Of a DNA stretch of 64,000 bases, positions 34,149 through 45,230 are shown piece by piece. The DNA is from an uncultured Bacillota bacterium (GTDB lineage Bacteria; Bacillota_I; Bacilli_A; RF39; UBA660). The notes below the pieces were generated by a model that did no database searches, was not told the origin of the DNA, and worked only from the letters and a program-made list of their open reading frames with translations. Numbering within the stretch: position 1 is the stretch's first letter; every line of letters begins with the position of its first letter. A program made the position numbers and the translations under genes. Location: the NCBI GenBank assembly GCA_946630315.1, contig CAMOYT010000002.1, positions 562 to 64,561 of the forward strand, given 5' to 3'.

Positions 34149-36101
34149 ATGGCAAAATTTGAATTAGTATCTAAATACTCTCCATCAGGAGATCAACCAC
34201 AAGCAATAAAAGAATTAGTAGAGGGAATAAAGAATAATACAAAAGAACAAGTTCTTTTAGGCGCCACCGGTACAGGTAAAACATTTACTATAGCAAATGT
34301 CATAAAAGAAGTAGGAAAACCAACTTTAGTACTTGCCCATAATAAGACCTTAGCAGGACAACTATATAGTGAATTAAAAGAATTATTTCCCAATAATAGA
34401 GTAGAATACTTTGTATCATATTATGATTATTATCAACCAGAAGCTTATGTACCTTCAACAGATACATATATAGAAAAAGACTCATCAATAAATGATGAAA
34501 TAGATGAACTACGTCATGCTGCAACATCTGCTCTAATCTCAAGAGATGATGTAATAGTAGTATCAAGCGTATCTTGTATCTATGGTATAGGAGAAGTAGA
34601 AGAATATAAATCAAAAATGTTAACACTATCAGTAGGAGAAATAGTAGATAGAGAACAAGTATTAACAAAACTAGTAGAAATGTTATATGAAAGAAATGAT
34701 TATGACTTTAAACGTGGAACTTTTAGAGTAAGAGGAGATTCTCTAGAAATAATTCCAGCTAATCAAAATACAATAGGTTATAGAATAGAATTTTTTGATG
34801 AAGAAATAGATAGAATATCAGAAATAGATACCCTTACAGGAGTGGTAATAAGTAATAAAAAAAATATTTCTCTATTTCCAGCCTCACATTTCGTAGTAAG
34901 TGATGATAAATTAAAAGCAGCAATTGTAAGAATAAGAAAAGAATTAGCTGAAAGACTAAAAGAATTAAAAGAACAAAATAAATTACTAGCAGCAGAACGT
35001 CTAGAACAAAGAACTAACTATGACTTAGAAATGTTAGAAGAAACAGGTTTCTGCTCTGGAATAGAAAATTATTCAGCTCCAATGGCAGGTCGTCTTCCAG
35101 GTGAAACTCCAACTACATTAATGGACTTCTTTCCCAAAGATTATCTATTAGTAGTAGATGAATCTCATGTAACACTTCCCCAAGTAAGAGGTATGTATAA
35201 TGGCGATAGAGCAAGAAAACTAAACCTAGTAGAATATGGCTTTAGACTACCTAGTGCCTTAGATAATAGACCATTAAAATATGAAGAATTCGAAAAGAAA
35301 ATAAATCAAGCAATCTATGTATCCGCAACCCCAGGAGATTATGAATTAGCTCATACCAATAATAAATATGTAGAACAAATAATAAGACCAACAGGTTTAC
35401 TTGATCCAACAATAGAAGTAAGACCTACACTTGGTCAAATAGACGACTTAGTAGGAGAAATAAAAGAAAGAATAGAAAAGAATGAAAGAGTATTAATCAC
35501 TACTCTTACTATTAGAATGGCTGAAGAATTAACTAATTATTTAAAAGAATTAGATATTAAAGTAGCTTATCTTCATAGTGAAGTAAAAACTCTAGAGCGT
35601 ATGGAAATAATACATGATGTAAGAGCTGGTATCTATGATTGCTTAGTAGGAATAAATTTACTTCGAGAAGGACTAGACATACCAGAAGTAAGTTTAATTG
35701 CTATCTTAGATGCTGATAAAGAAGGATTCCTAAGAAGTAATAGAAGTTTAATTCAAACAATAGGTAGATGTGCCAGAAATGCTAATGGACACGTTATAAT
35801 GTATGGAGATAAAATAACAGATTCAATGAGAGAAGCAATAGAAGAAACAGCAAGAAGAAGAAAAATACAAGAAAAGTATAATGAAGAACATAATATTACT
35901 CCAAAAACTATTATTAAAGAAATAAGAGAAGTAATAACTAATAAAGATACAAAACAAGATAAAAAGAAAAAATTAAGTAAGAAAGAATTAGCTCTAGAAA
36001 TAGATAAGATAGAACAAGAAATGAGAGAAGCCGCAAGAAATCTTGACTTCGAAAGAGCTATGGAACTAAGAGATATCTTATTTGAAATAAAATCACAATA
36101 G
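34149..36101 (+). CDS. uvrB: excinuclease ABC subunit B
   Basis: Motifs [10 protein letters not shown] and VDESHVT, helicase motifs, and a C-terminal UVR domain ([11 protein letters not shown]). Confidence 0.95.
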   Translation: MAKFELVSKYSPSGDQPQAIKELVEGIKNNTKEQVLLGATGTGKTFTIANVIKEVGKPTLVLAHNKTLAGQLYSELKELFPNNRVEYFVSYYDYYQPEAYVPSTDTYIEKDSSINDEIDELRHAATSALISRDDVIVVSSVSCIYGIGEVEEYKSKMLTLSVGEIVDREQVLTKLVEMLYERNDYDFKRGTFRVRGDSLEIIPANQNTIGYRIEFFDEEIDRISEIDTLTGVVISNKKNISLFPASHFVVSDDKLKAAIVRIRKELAERLKELKEQNKLLAAERLEQRTNYDLEMLEETGFCSGIENYSAPMAGRLPGETPTTLMDFFPKDYLLVVDESHVTLPQVRGMYNGDRARKLNLVEYGFRLPSALDNRPLKYEEFEKKINQAIYVSATPGDYELAHTNNKYVEQIIRPTGLLDPTIEVRPTLGQIDDLVGEIKERIEKNERVLITTLTIRMAEELTNYLKELDIKVAYLHSEVKTLERMEIIHDVRAGIYDCLVGINLLREGLDIPEVSLIAILDADKEGFLRSNRSLIQTIGRCARNANGHVIMYGDKITDSMREAIEETARRRKIQEKYNEEHNITPKTIIKEIREVITNKDTKQDKKKKLSKKELALEIDKIEQEMREAARNLDFERAMELRDILFEIKSQ

Positions 36102-36109
36102 GAGGAAAC

Positions 36110-36817
36110 ATGAAACTAAGTATATTTAAATCAACAACAAAAGATGGAATATTTTCAACAGATAAAAAGTATTTTCCTAATCTAACTCATGAAGAAATAA
36201 AACTATTACATGAAGTTACAATATCTAAATTTCTAAATAAATATAATTTAAAAGACAAAGTCTTAATCATTAATGACAAATGTCTTGATAAAGCAAAAAC
36301 TATTACTAATAAAACAACAAGTAATAAATCAAAAATATTAATATTAAAAGAAACAATAAAAGACACAATAGTTGGAGTAGAAACAGAAGATGATCCAGTA
36401 ATAGTAGCAACTGCAAAAGATGAAAAGAATCACCAAGTAGCAGCAATCTCACTATTAACACTAGAAAATCTAAAGAATAATTTATTAACAGAAATTGTGG
36501 ATAAAATGATACTAGAAACAAATAAAGCTCCCTTTGAAATGACTTTCTATATTGGAGCAACTCCATCCCAACAATATTATGAAATAGATAAATCTGAAAT
36601 AGACAATAGTATTTTTAATAATGCCATTATAAAGAAAAGAAAAAAATACTATTTAGATATAAGATTAGTAATATTTAATGAATTACAAAAAGAAATAGTA
36701 GACCCAAATATGATGTACTTTGATTCCACAGATACTGTGGAAAGTACTGACTACTTTTCAAAATTCAACAATAATTGTGGAAAAAACCTAATCTGCATAA
36801 AATTTATAGATGATTAA
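36110..36817 (+). CDS. hypothetical protein coupled to uvrB
   Basis: 235 aa. The SD ggagg follows directly after the uvrB stop. There is a weak resemblance to the YfiH/PgeF (DUF152) layout, but I see no His/Cys catalytic residues. Confidence 0.5.
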   Translation: MKLSIFKSTTKDGIFSTDKKYFPNLTHEEIKLLHEVTISKFLNKYNLKDKVLIINDKCLDKAKTITNKTTSNKSKILILKETIKDTIVGVETEDDPVIVATAKDEKNHQVAAISLLTLENLKNNLLTEIVDKMILETNKAPFEMTFYIGATPSQQYYEIDKSEIDNSIFNNAIIKKRKKYYLDIRLVIFNELQKEIVDPNMMYFDSTDTVESTDYFSKFNNNCGKNLICIKFIDD

Positions 36818-36897
36818 TGTATATTAAGTGTAAATAACTATATATTTTGTTGGAATAAAAAGAAAAAACATAGTAATATCATAATAGAGGTGATACT

Positions 36898-37377
36898 ATG
36901 AACAATAATGAAAGACTTGGTATAATTCAAGAACTAAAAAGTAAAAATATGCAAAGTTCTATGCGACCTGGAAGAGTAGAAGTATCAACAGAATTAGATT
37001 GGAAATTAGCATATATTTTTAATAATTATTTATCAGGAAAAGATGATAGATTACCATCATTTGAATTTATTGATAAACTATTAGAAAGTACAAGAAACTA
37101 TTCAATATCTATGGGTTATGGAATAATAATAGATAGAAACTTAAGATTAAATATTGAAGATATGATAAGACCAGATGTAGCAAGAGTAGATGTTATAAGT
37201 AGAGATGGTTATAAAGCTTATGAATTATTTCAAGAAACAGGAACAACAAGAGATATAGATATTGAAAAATATCCAAGATTTGATAGAAACAGAGTAGAAA
37301 AACTAACTATGTATATAGATGAATATCATCGTTATCGTGAAAATAAAAGAGAAGAAGCAAGAACTATGAATAGATAA
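36898..37377 (+). CDS. hypothetical protein
   Basis: 159 aa. SD agaggtg upstream; the terminator aactgcaaatgcagttttttt lies downstream. Confidence 0.55.
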   Translation: MNNNERLGIIQELKSKNMQSSMRPGRVEVSTELDWKLAYIFNNYLSGKDDRLPSFEFIDKLLESTRNYSISMGYGIIIDRNLRLNIEDMIRPDVARVDVISRDGYKAYELFQETGTTRDIDIEKYPRFDRNRVEKLTMYIDEYHRYRENKREEARTMNR

Positions 37378-37457
37378 TATAACTGCAAATGCAGTTTTTT
37401 TATTGTTTTAAAAGACAAAATAATAATTTTTTGCTATAATAAGTGCTGGTGATTTCT

Positions 37458-40271
37458 ATGGATAAAATTATAATTAAAGGAGCTCGAGAAAATAACTTAA
37501 AAAATATAAATATTGAGCTACCTAAAAACAAACTTATAGTAATGACAGGTTTATCTGGTTCAGGTAAATCTTCTTTAGCATTCGATACTATTTATGCTGA
37601 AGGACAAAGAAGATATGTAGAAAGTTTATCAGCTTATGCTAGACAATTCTTAGGAGGAACAGAAAAACCAGATGTAGATTCAATAGAAGGATTATCTCCT
37701 GCTATATCCATAGATCAAAAAACTACTAATAACAATCCAAGATCAACTGTCGGAACAGTAACAGAAATATATGATTACTTAAGATTAGTATTTGCTCGTG
37801 TAGGAGTACCATACTGTCCTAATCATAATATTCCAATATCTTCACAAAGTGTAGAAGAAATGACAAACAAATTAATGGAATATCCTCTTGGTACTAAAAT
37901 GATTATTATGTCTCCTGTAGTCCATGGAGAAAAAGGAACTCAAAAAGACTTATTAGATAGCCTAAGAAAAGAAGGCTATGTAAGAGTAAGAGTAAATGGA
38001 GAAATGATGGACTTATCAGATGAAATAAATCTAGATAAAAACAAAAAATCAAAAATAGATGTCATAATAGATAGAATAGCTTTAAAAGAAGAATCAAGAT
38101 CAAGATTATTTGAATCTCTAGAACAAGCAACAAAACTATCACATGGAAAAGTAGTAATAGAACTATTAGGAGAAAATAAAAAAGAATTAGTCTTCTCAGA
38201 GTCATTTGCTTGTCCTCATTGTGAATTTTCTCTTCCAGAATTAGAACCAAGACTATTTAGTTTTAATGCCCCATATGGAGCCTGCCCAGATTGTAAAGGA
38301 TTGGGAGTAAAATTACAAATAGATGAAGATTTAATCATTCCAGATCAATCAAAAACTCTAAATGAAGGTGTTATAAAGACATTAAATGATGATCCAGAAA
38401 CAATAGAATATATGGAATTAGAATGTTTATGTAAGCATTATAAAATAGATATGAATAAACCATGGTCTAAATTATCTAAAAAACATAAAGATTATATTTT
38501 ATATGGTAGTGATGAGCCAATAAGAATAAAATATTCAACACGTGGAGGAATGCAAAGAGATAAAAAAGACTTCTATGAAGGAGTAATTAATAGATTAGAA
38601 AGAAGATATATGGAAACATCTTCTACTTGGATAAGAGAATGGTTAGAAAACTATATGGTAGAACATACTTGTGATACATGTCATGGAGCAAGACTAACAG
38701 ATGATGTATTATCAGTAAAACTAGGTAAAAAGAATATCTATGAAGTAACAAATATGTCTATTAAAGACCTAATCCCATTCTTTGAAAATCTAAAACTATC
38801 AGAAGAAAAAGCTGAAATTGCCAAATTAGTAATAAAAGAAATATTAGATAGATTAAACTTCTTAAAAAATGTAGGACTTGAATACTTAACCCTAAGTAGA
38901 AGTGCAGGAACTCTAAGTGGAGGAGAAGCTCAACGTATAAGATTAGCTACTCAAATTGGATCACACCTAACAGGAGTATTATATGTATTAGATGAACCAA
39001 GTATTGGATTACATCAAAGAGATAATAATAGATTAATTAAGTCTCTACAAGAAATGAGAGACTTAGGAAATACTTTAATAGTTGTAGAACATGATAGTGA
39101 TACAATGCTTGCAGCTGACTATTTAGTAGATATAGGTCCAGGTGCTGGAGACTCAGGTGGAGAAGTAATAGCCGAAGGTACTCCACAAGAAGTAATGAAT
39201 AATGAAAACAGTATTACTGGAAAGTATTTAAGTAATAAATTATGTATTGAAGTACCAAAAAAGAGAAGAAAAGGTAATAAAAAATATCTAAAAATAAAAG
39301 GAGCTAAAGAGAATAACTTAAAGAATATAGATGTAGATATTCCACTAGGAACATTTACTTGTATCACTGGAGTATCAGGATCAGGTAAATCATCACTAAT
39401 CAATGAAATACTAGTAAAAGCAGTTTCTCAAAAGATTTATAAATCAAAAGAAAAACCTGGAAAACATGATAAGATTTTAGGAATAGAAAACTTAGATAAA
39501 ATAGTAGCAATTTCTCAAAATCCAATTGGTAGAACACCAAGATCTAATCCAGCAACCTACACTGGAGTATTTGATGACATAAGAACATTATTTACAACTA
39601 CTAAAGAAGCTAAAATGTATGGCTTTGAAAAAAATAGATTCTCATTTAATGTTAAAGGTGGAAGATGTGAAGCCTGTCGTGGAGATGGCGTAAAGAAAAT
39701 AGAAATGCATTTCTTACCAGATGTATATGTACCATGTGAAGTATGTCATGGAACACGTTATAATACAGAAACACTAAAAATCAAATATAAAGGTAAGAAT
39801 ATTGCTGAAGTATTAGATATGAGAGTAACAGAAGCTCTAAAATTCTTTGAAAACGTACCTAAAATAAAAAGAAAACTTCAAGTAATTGAAGATGTAGGAT
39901 TAGGTTATATTAAATTAGGACAATCAGCTCCAACCTTATCAGGAGGAGAAGCAGAAAGAGTAAAACTAGCAAAAGAATTACAAAAACAAGCAACTGGAAA
40001 AACCCTATTTGTTTTAGATGAACCAACAACAGGATTACATACTGATGACATCAAGCGTCTCCTTGCAATTTTACAGAAAATAGTAGATAATAATGATACA
40101 GTAGTTGTTATTGAACATAACTTGGATGTTATCAAAGTAGCAGACTACATAATAGATTTAGGACCAGAAGGTGGAGATGCTGGAGGTACAATAGTTGCAA
40201 CAGGAACACCAGAAGAAGTATCCAAAGTAAAAGAATCTTACACTGGACAATTCCTAAAGAAAATATTATGA
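37458..40271 (+). CDS. uvrA: excinuclease ABC subunit A
   Basis: Two ABC modules (GLSGSGKSS and GVSGSGKSS; LSGGEAQR and LSGGEAERV) plus zinc-finger Cys clusters. The start at ATG 37458 gives MDKIIIKGARENNLKNI. Confidence 0.95.
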   Translation: MDKIIIKGARENNLKNINIELPKNKLIVMTGLSGSGKSSLAFDTIYAEGQRRYVESLSAYARQFLGGTEKPDVDSIEGLSPAISIDQKTTNNNPRSTVGTVTEIYDYLRLVFARVGVPYCPNHNIPISSQSVEEMTNKLMEYPLGTKMIIMSPVVHGEKGTQKDLLDSLRKEGYVRVRVNGEMMDLSDEINLDKNKKSKIDVIIDRIALKEESRSRLFESLEQATKLSHGKVVIELLGENKKELVFSESFACPHCEFSLPELEPRLFSFNAPYGACPDCKGLGVKLQIDEDLIIPDQSKTLNEGVIKTLNDDPETIEYMELECLCKHYKIDMNKPWSKLSKKHKDYILYGSDEPIRIKYSTRGGMQRDKKDFYEGVINRLERRYMETSSTWIREWLENYMVEHTCDTCHGARLTDDVLSVKLGKKNIYEVTNMSIKDLIPFFENLKLSEEKAEIAKLVIKEILDRLNFLKNVGLEYLTLSRSAGTLSGGEAQRIRLATQIGSHLTGVLYVLDEPSIGLHQRDNNRLIKSLQEMRDLGNTLIVVEHDSDTMLAADYLVDIGPGAGDSGGEVIAEGTPQEVMNNENSITGKYLSNKLCIEVPKKRRKGNKKYLKIKGAKENNLKNIDVDIPLGTFTCITGVSGSGKSSLINEILVKAVSQKIYKSKEKPGKHDKILGIENLDKIVAISQNPIGRTPRSNPATYTGVFDDIRTLFTTTKEAKMYGFEKNRFSFNVKGGRCEACRGDGVKKIEMHFLPDVYVPCEVCHGTRYNTETLKIKYKGKNIAEVLDMRVTEALKFFENVPKIKRKLQVIEDVGLGYIKLGQSAPTLSGGEAERVKLAKELQKQATGKTLFVLDEPTTGLHTDDIKRLLAILQKIVDNNDTVVVIEHNLDVIKVADYIIDLGPEGGDAGGTIVATGTPEEVSKVKESYTGQFLKKIL

Positions 40272-40279
40272 GGTAGATT

Positions 40280-40708
40280 ATGAAGCTATTAATAAAAGAA
40301 AAAAACAAATATCGTATTAACAAATTATTAGAATGGCTAATGTATATGATAGGGTACACACTAGTATTCATCTTTGTTACTAGTTTCTTTAAAAGTATTC
40401 ATATTGATAGTAATCATCTAATTATTTGGTCATTTATTATTGTAATAGTAACTTATATTTTAAATAAGACTATTAAACCAGTACTAATTACATTAACAAT
40501 ACCAATAACTGGATTAACACTAGGTTTATTCTATCCATTTATTAATGTATTTATTCTAAAACTAGTAGATTGGCTACTTGGAAAACACTTTGAATTAGAT
40601 AGTATCTTTATCTTATTCTTTGTAGCAATCCTACTTTCAGTAGCAAACTTTATCATAGAAAAAATAATAGATAAGATAATTGGAAAGGTAAAAAGGCACT
40701 ATGCATAG
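40280..40708 (+). CDS. YvlD/DUF360 (phage holin family 4-2-like) membrane protein
   Basis: 142 aa with four TM helices; contains IKPVLITLTIPITGLTLGLFYPFINVFILKLVDW. Confidence 0.55.
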   Translation: MKLLIKEKNKYRINKLLEWLMYMIGYTLVFIFVTSFFKSIHIDSNHLIIWSFIIVIVTYILNKTIKPVLITLTIPITGLTLGLFYPFINVFILKLVDWLLGKHFELDSIFILFFVAILLSVANFIIEKIIDKIIGKVKRHYA

Positions 40709-41471
40709 TATTGCTTTTGACTTAGGATTTATAAAAATATATTGGTACTCAATCTTTATATTACTAGGAGTTCTATCAGGAGTATTAATAATATTAAGAG
40801 AAGCTAAAAAGAAAAAGTTAGATGAAGACTTTATAGTAAATACACTATTCTTTGGTATACTATTTGCTATTCTAGGAGCAAGATTATATTATGTAATATT
40901 TAATTATAGTTATTATCTAAATAATCCAAGTGAAATATTTGCTATATGGAATGGTGGTTTAGCAATTCATGGTGGCATAATACTAGGTCTAATAACAGTA
41001 ATATTTATGTCTAAAAAACATAAAGTAAATCTAATAGATTTATTAGATACCTTAGTAATAGGACTAATAATTGGTCAAGCAATAGGTCGTTGGGGAAATT
41101 TCTTCAATATGGAAGCCTATGGTTCAGTAGTAGGATTAGCTAATTTAAAAGCCATTGGAATACCACAATTCATAATAAATGGAATGTATATAGATGGAGC
41201 CTATCATCATCCAACATTTCTTTATGAATCAATATGGTGCCTAATTGGTTTTATATTATTACTTATTAATAAAAAAGAAATGAAAGAAGGACAATCACTA
41301 GGTTTTTATTTAACTTGGTATGGTATAGGAAGATTCCTAATAGAATCATTAAGAACAGATTCATTAATGTTTGGTAGTTTTAAAATAGCCCAAATAATAT
41401 CATTAATATTTATAATAGTAGGAATATATTTCTTATTTGTTTATAGAAAAACAGGAGGCAAAAATGAATAA
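40701..41471 (+). CDS. lgt: prolipoprotein diacylglyceryl transferase
   Basis: Motifs WNGGLAIHGGI, GRWGNFFN and HPTFLYES. Confidence 0.9.
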   Translation: MHSIAFDLGFIKIYWYSIFILLGVLSGVLIILREAKKKKLDEDFIVNTLFFGILFAILGARLYYVIFNYSYYLNNPSEIFAIWNGGLAIHGGIILGLITVIFMSKKHKVNLIDLLDTLVIGLIIGQAIGRWGNFFNMEAYGSVVGLANLKAIGIPQFIINGMYIDGAYHHPTFLYESIWCLIGFILLLINKKEMKEGQSLGFYLTWYGIGRFLIESLRTDSLMFGSFKIAQIISLIFIIVGIYFLFVYRKTGGKNE

Positions 41472-42414
41472 AAAAGTTGTAGTATTCGGTGGAGGTACAG
41501 GTATCTCCTATCTATTAAGAGGATTAAAAGATTTCCCAATTGATATAACAGCAGTAATAACAGTATCAGATAATGGACGTTCAACTGGTAGATTAAGACA
41601 AGAATTCCATACACCAGCAGTAGGAGATATTAGACAAGTAGTAACAAATCTATCATCAACAGATGCTGCTATTAAAAAGATGTTATCATATCGTTTTAAT
41701 ACATCAAGTGATCTTAATGGTCATGCATTAGGAAACTTAATTTTAACAGCTATGTTAGATATCACAGGTTCCCTAAAAGAATCAATCTCATCATTAAGTA
41801 AACTACTAGATGTAAGACATACAGTTTTACCAATCTCAGAAGATGCTAACTTAACATTAATGGGAGAAGATGTAAAAGGAAATATCATTGAAGGAGAAGA
41901 AGAAATAACAAAATCTCCAAATAAAATTAAAAGAATATTTTATAAGGATGAACCAAATGTCTTACCAGAAGTAATAAAAGCAATAAATGAAGCAGATTTA
42001 TTAATACTAAGTATGGGAAGTCTATATACATCAATTCTTCCAAATGTTATTTGCAAAGAAGTACAGTTAGCAATCGGAGATAGTGATGCTCCAATAATGT
42101 ATGTATGTAATGCTGTATCACAACCTGGTGAAACAGATGGTTTCAAAGTATCAGATCACATTAAAATGTTAAATAACTATTTAGGAGAAAGAAATGTTGA
42201 TGTAGTAATTGCCTCACACACTAAAATACCTAAAAACATAGCTCATAAATATGAAACAGAAGAACAAAAAGACCCAATATTAATAGACTATGAGGAGTTA
42301 GAAAAATTAGGTGTAGAACTAATAGAAGATGACTTAATAGTAATAGAAGACAATATAATACGTCATAATAGTCTAAAAGTTAGTTCACTAATATTTTCTT
42401 ATTTAATTAAATAA
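41464..42414 (+). CDS. yvcK: YvcK/CofD-like gluconeogenesis factor
   Basis: N-terminus MNKKVVVFGGGTGISYLLRGLK. It lies directly upstream of whiA, as in other Bacillota. The start follows the SD aggagg. Confidence 0.85.
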   Translation: MNKKVVVFGGGTGISYLLRGLKDFPIDITAVITVSDNGRSTGRLRQEFHTPAVGDIRQVVTNLSSTDAAIKKMLSYRFNTSSDLNGHALGNLILTAMLDITGSLKESISSLSKLLDVRHTVLPISEDANLTLMGEDVKGNIIEGEEEITKSPNKIKRIFYKDEPNVLPEVIKAINEADLLILSMGSLYTSILPNVICKEVQLAIGDSDAPIMYVCNAVSQPGETDGFKVSDHIKMLNNYLGERNVDVVIASHTKIPKNIAHKYETEEQKDPILIDYEELEKLGVELIEDDLIVIEDNIIRHNSLKVSSLIFSYLIK

Positions 42415-43352
42415 TGTCTTTTACAACAACAATAAAAAAAGAAATAACCCAAATCGAATCAACAGAATCAGAAATGATTGCTGAACTATCCGGTTTTATA
42501 AGAAATAATAGTACAATAAGCAATGGGTCTCTAGCAACAACATCAGAGAAATTAAATGTTCTAGAACGTTTTCAATATTTTATAAAAGAACTATATCAAG
42601 TAGATTCTGAAATAATAGTAATAGATAATGTTAATTTTAGTAAAAATGATTTATATGAATTAAAAGTAGAAAAAGATGTAAACAAAATATTAAGAAACAT
42701 AGGTTTCTATGATGAAAATAATGAATACTTAGAAACAGCTCCAACATATATAGTAGGAGCAAATGAAGAAATAAGAGCATATCTAAGAGGAGTATTCTTA
42801 TGTAGTGGTAGTATTAATGATCCAAAAACTTCAAGATATCACTTAGAATTATTAATACCAACTCCAGCAGAAGCAGTATTTGTTCAACAACTACTTAATA
42901 TATTTGATTTAAATGCTAAAATTATAAATCGTGAAAAAGGATACATGATCTATGTAAAAGAAGCAGAAAAAATAAGTGACTTCTTAAAAATAATAAAAGC
43001 AAATAATGCTGTCTTATATTTTGAAGATGTTCGTATTTACCGTGATCAAAAAAATAAAACTAATAGACTAAATAATTGTGAACAAGCTAATATGGATAAA
43101 ATAATAGAGACAGCAACAGCTCAAATAGAACAAATAGAAATAATAGAAGAGACAAATAGTATAGATTTATTAGATGAAAGAACACAAGTAGCCTTGAAAT
43201 ATAGAAAAAAATATCCAGAAGCTTCTCTAAAAGAGTTAGCTGAAATAATAACAATAGAGACTGGAAAAAGCCTATCTAAGTCAGGACTAAATCATCGTTT
43301 AAGAAAAATAAAAGAATTAGCAGAACGTTTAGAAAAAAACAAGAATAGCTAA
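42414..43352 (+). CDS. whiA: DNA-binding protein WhiA
   Basis: LAGLIDADG-like core (YLRGVFLCSGSINDP) and a C-terminal HTH (LSKSGLNHRLRKI). Confidence 0.9.
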   Translation: MSFTTTIKKEITQIESTESEMIAELSGFIRNNSTISNGSLATTSEKLNVLERFQYFIKELYQVDSEIIVIDNVNFSKNDLYELKVEKDVNKILRNIGFYDENNEYLETAPTYIVGANEEIRAYLRGVFLCSGSINDPKTSRYHLELLIPTPAEAVFVQQLLNIFDLNAKIINREKGYMIYVKEAEKISDFLKIIKANNAVLYFEDVRIYRDQKNKTNRLNNCEQANMDKIIETATAQIEQIEIIEETNSIDLLDERTQVALKYRKKYPEASLKELAEIITIETGKSLSKSGLNHRLRKIKELAERLEKNKNS

Positions 43353-43449
43353 TTCTTTTTTTGTCTATTAGCTGTAAACAACACTTTTTATAATCAAATA
43401 TACAAATTATCTATGATATAATGACTACATAGAATAAGAGGTGGTAATT

Positions 43450-45102
43450 ATGATAGAAACAATTGAAGTTACTATTAATAATAAAATACATACTTATAAC
43501 AAAGATACAACATTACTAGAAATATCAAAAGATTTTCAACATGAATTTAAATACCCAATTATATTAGCACGTGTTGGTAATAGATTAAAGGAATTATCAA
43601 ATCAAATCCAAGAATCTTGTACAATAGAATTCTTAGATTTAACCTCTAGAGAAGGAAATGCTGCTCATATTAATGGTTTAGTTTATGTAATGTTATATGC
43701 TGTAAAAAGATTATATGGAAAAAAAGCAAACATAGTTGTAGAACATTCCTTAGATAAAGGTATTTATATAGAATCATCATTTAAACTAAATGGTGAAAAA
43801 GTTGATGAAATAAAAAATATGATGAAGACTATCATCAAAGAAGATAAGCCTATTATTAAGATGAATATTGATAGAATGGAAGCTAAAAAATACTTCGAAA
43901 GTATTGGAGATTTAGCAAAAGCAGGAGTAATGCTATATAACACAAACAACTATGTAACATTATATAGATTAGGTAATTTATATAATTACTTCTACAACTT
44001 AATGCCTACATCTACTAGTCTAGTAAAAGACTTTGACTTAACATATATTAAAGATAATGGTTTCATATTAAGATTCCCAACAGAGTATATGCCAGATAAA
44101 ATAAAAAAATATGAACATCATCCCCACATGTTTGAAGTATTTAAACAATATCGTGATTGGGCTAAATTAATAAATGTAAAAAACTCAGTAGATTTAAATA
44201 GAATAGTTTCCACAGGTAAATACAATGACCTAATCAAAATAGACGATACCGTTCAAAACAGTAGATTACTAACAGTAGCTAAAGAAATAAACGATCGTAA
44301 AAAAGATATAAAAATAGTTTTATTAGCAGGACCATCATCATCAGGTAAAACAACAACATCTAAAAAGATATGTATGTACTTACATACATTTGGTCTAAAT
44401 CCTAAAGTAATAGGAATGGACGATTACTTTGTAGATAGAGTAGATACACCTAAAAATCCAGATGGTTCATATGACTATGAATGTCTAGAAGCTCTAGATT
44501 TAAAACTATTTGATAAACAAATGGCTGCTTTATTAAAAGGCGATGAAGTATTAACTCCTACATATAACTTTAGTTTAGGTAAAAAAGAATATAATAATTC
44601 TATGAAATTAGAAGAAGATGATATTTTAGTAATTGAAGGAATACATGCTCTTGATAATAAAATACTAACTAATATTCCAAGAGAAAAGAAATATAAAATC
44701 TACATATCTGCCTTAACAGAAGTAAATGTAGATGACCATAATCGTATTTCAACAACAGATAATAGATTACTAAGAAGAATAATAAGAGATAATCGTACAA
44801 GAGGACATAAAGTAGATGATACACTAGCTGCATGGGCAAGTGTAAGAAAAGGAGAAGAATTATACATTTTCCCATATCAAGATGAAAGCGATGTAACAAT
44901 AAATTCAGCTGCTATATACGAAATAGGTGTACTAAAAACATATGTAGAGCCATTATTATACTCAGTAGAAAATGACTCACCATACTATGAAGAAGCCAAA
45001 AGATTAATTGACTTCTTAAGAGTATTTTTACCAATACCATCTGATGCTGTACCAGAAGACTCAGTATTAAGAGAATTTATTGGAGGAAGCTACTTCGAAT
45101 AA
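43450..45102 (+). CDS. uridine kinase/phosphoribulokinase-family nucleoside kinase with long N-terminal extension (TGS/ThrRS-like)
   Basis: The P-loop LLAGPSSSGKTTTSKK lies in the C-terminal half, and VIEGIHAL is present. The start at ATG 43450 follows the SD agaggtgg. Confidence 0.65.
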   Translation: MIETIEVTINNKIHTYNKDTTLLEISKDFQHEFKYPIILARVGNRLKELSNQIQESCTIEFLDLTSREGNAAHINGLVYVMLYAVKRLYGKKANIVVEHSLDKGIYIESSFKLNGEKVDEIKNMMKTIIKEDKPIIKMNIDRMEAKKYFESIGDLAKAGVMLYNTNNYVTLYRLGNLYNYFYNLMPTSTSLVKDFDLTYIKDNGFILRFPTEYMPDKIKKYEHHPHMFEVFKQYRDWAKLINVKNSVDLNRIVSTGKYNDLIKIDDTVQNSRLLTVAKEINDRKKDIKIVLLAGPSSSGKTTTSKKICMYLHTFGLNPKVIGMDDYFVDRVDTPKNPDGSYDYECLEALDLKLFDKQMAALLKGDEVLTPTYNFSLGKKEYNNSMKLEEDDILVIEGIHALDNKILTNIPREKKYKIYISALTEVNVDDHNRISTTDNRLLRRIIRDNRTRGHKVDDTLAAWASVRKGEELYIFPYQDESDVTINSAAIYEIGVLKTYVEPLLYSVENDSPYYEEAKRLIDFLRVFLPIPSDAVPEDSVLREFIGGSYFE

Positions 45103-45103
45103 C

Positions 45104-45134
45104 AATATCCACAAATTTTGTGGATATTTTTTTA
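45104..45134 (+). terminator. rho-independent terminator
   Basis: aatatccacaaa (45104-45115) pairs with tttgtggatatt (45117-45128), followed by a T-run. Confidence 0.7.
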
Positions 45135-45180
45135 TGATGCAATAATACTTGTACATAAACGTAATAACTTAAAAAAAACA

Positions 45181-45209
45181 TTGAAGTCTTAAAAAATACC
45201 ATTTATAAT
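45181..45209 (+). promoter_or_regulatory. sigma-A-type promoter of gap
   Basis: TTGAAG (45181-45186), 17-nt spacer, TATAAT (45204-45209). Confidence 0.55.
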
Positions 45210-45230
45210 TAAAGAGTAAGGAGGATTTTA

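Noticed and set aside
34300-34668. Many 60-146-aa ORFs in the track lie antisense to or inside long genes. Examples are 2458-2769, 4593-4793, 11484-11924, 25036-25359, 32284-32607, 34300-34668, 36306-36566, 39119-39403, 51480-51758 and 62777-63085.
   Set aside because: All lie wholly within much longer ORFs that have clear family motifs on the opposite strand or in another frame. Their translations are low-complexity Leu/Ile/Phe/Ser strings typical of the antisense of A+T-rich coding DNA, and none has an SD. I treat them as shadow ORFs.
43450-45102. Reading the 553-aa ORF as a threonyl-tRNA synthetase fragment because of its ThrRS-like N-terminal region.
   Set aside because: No class II aminoacyl-tRNA synthetase catalytic motifs are present. 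The C-terminal half instead has a P-loop (GPSSSGKTT) and a uridine kinase/PRK-like layout, so I call it a nucleoside kinase-family protein with an N-terminal extension.
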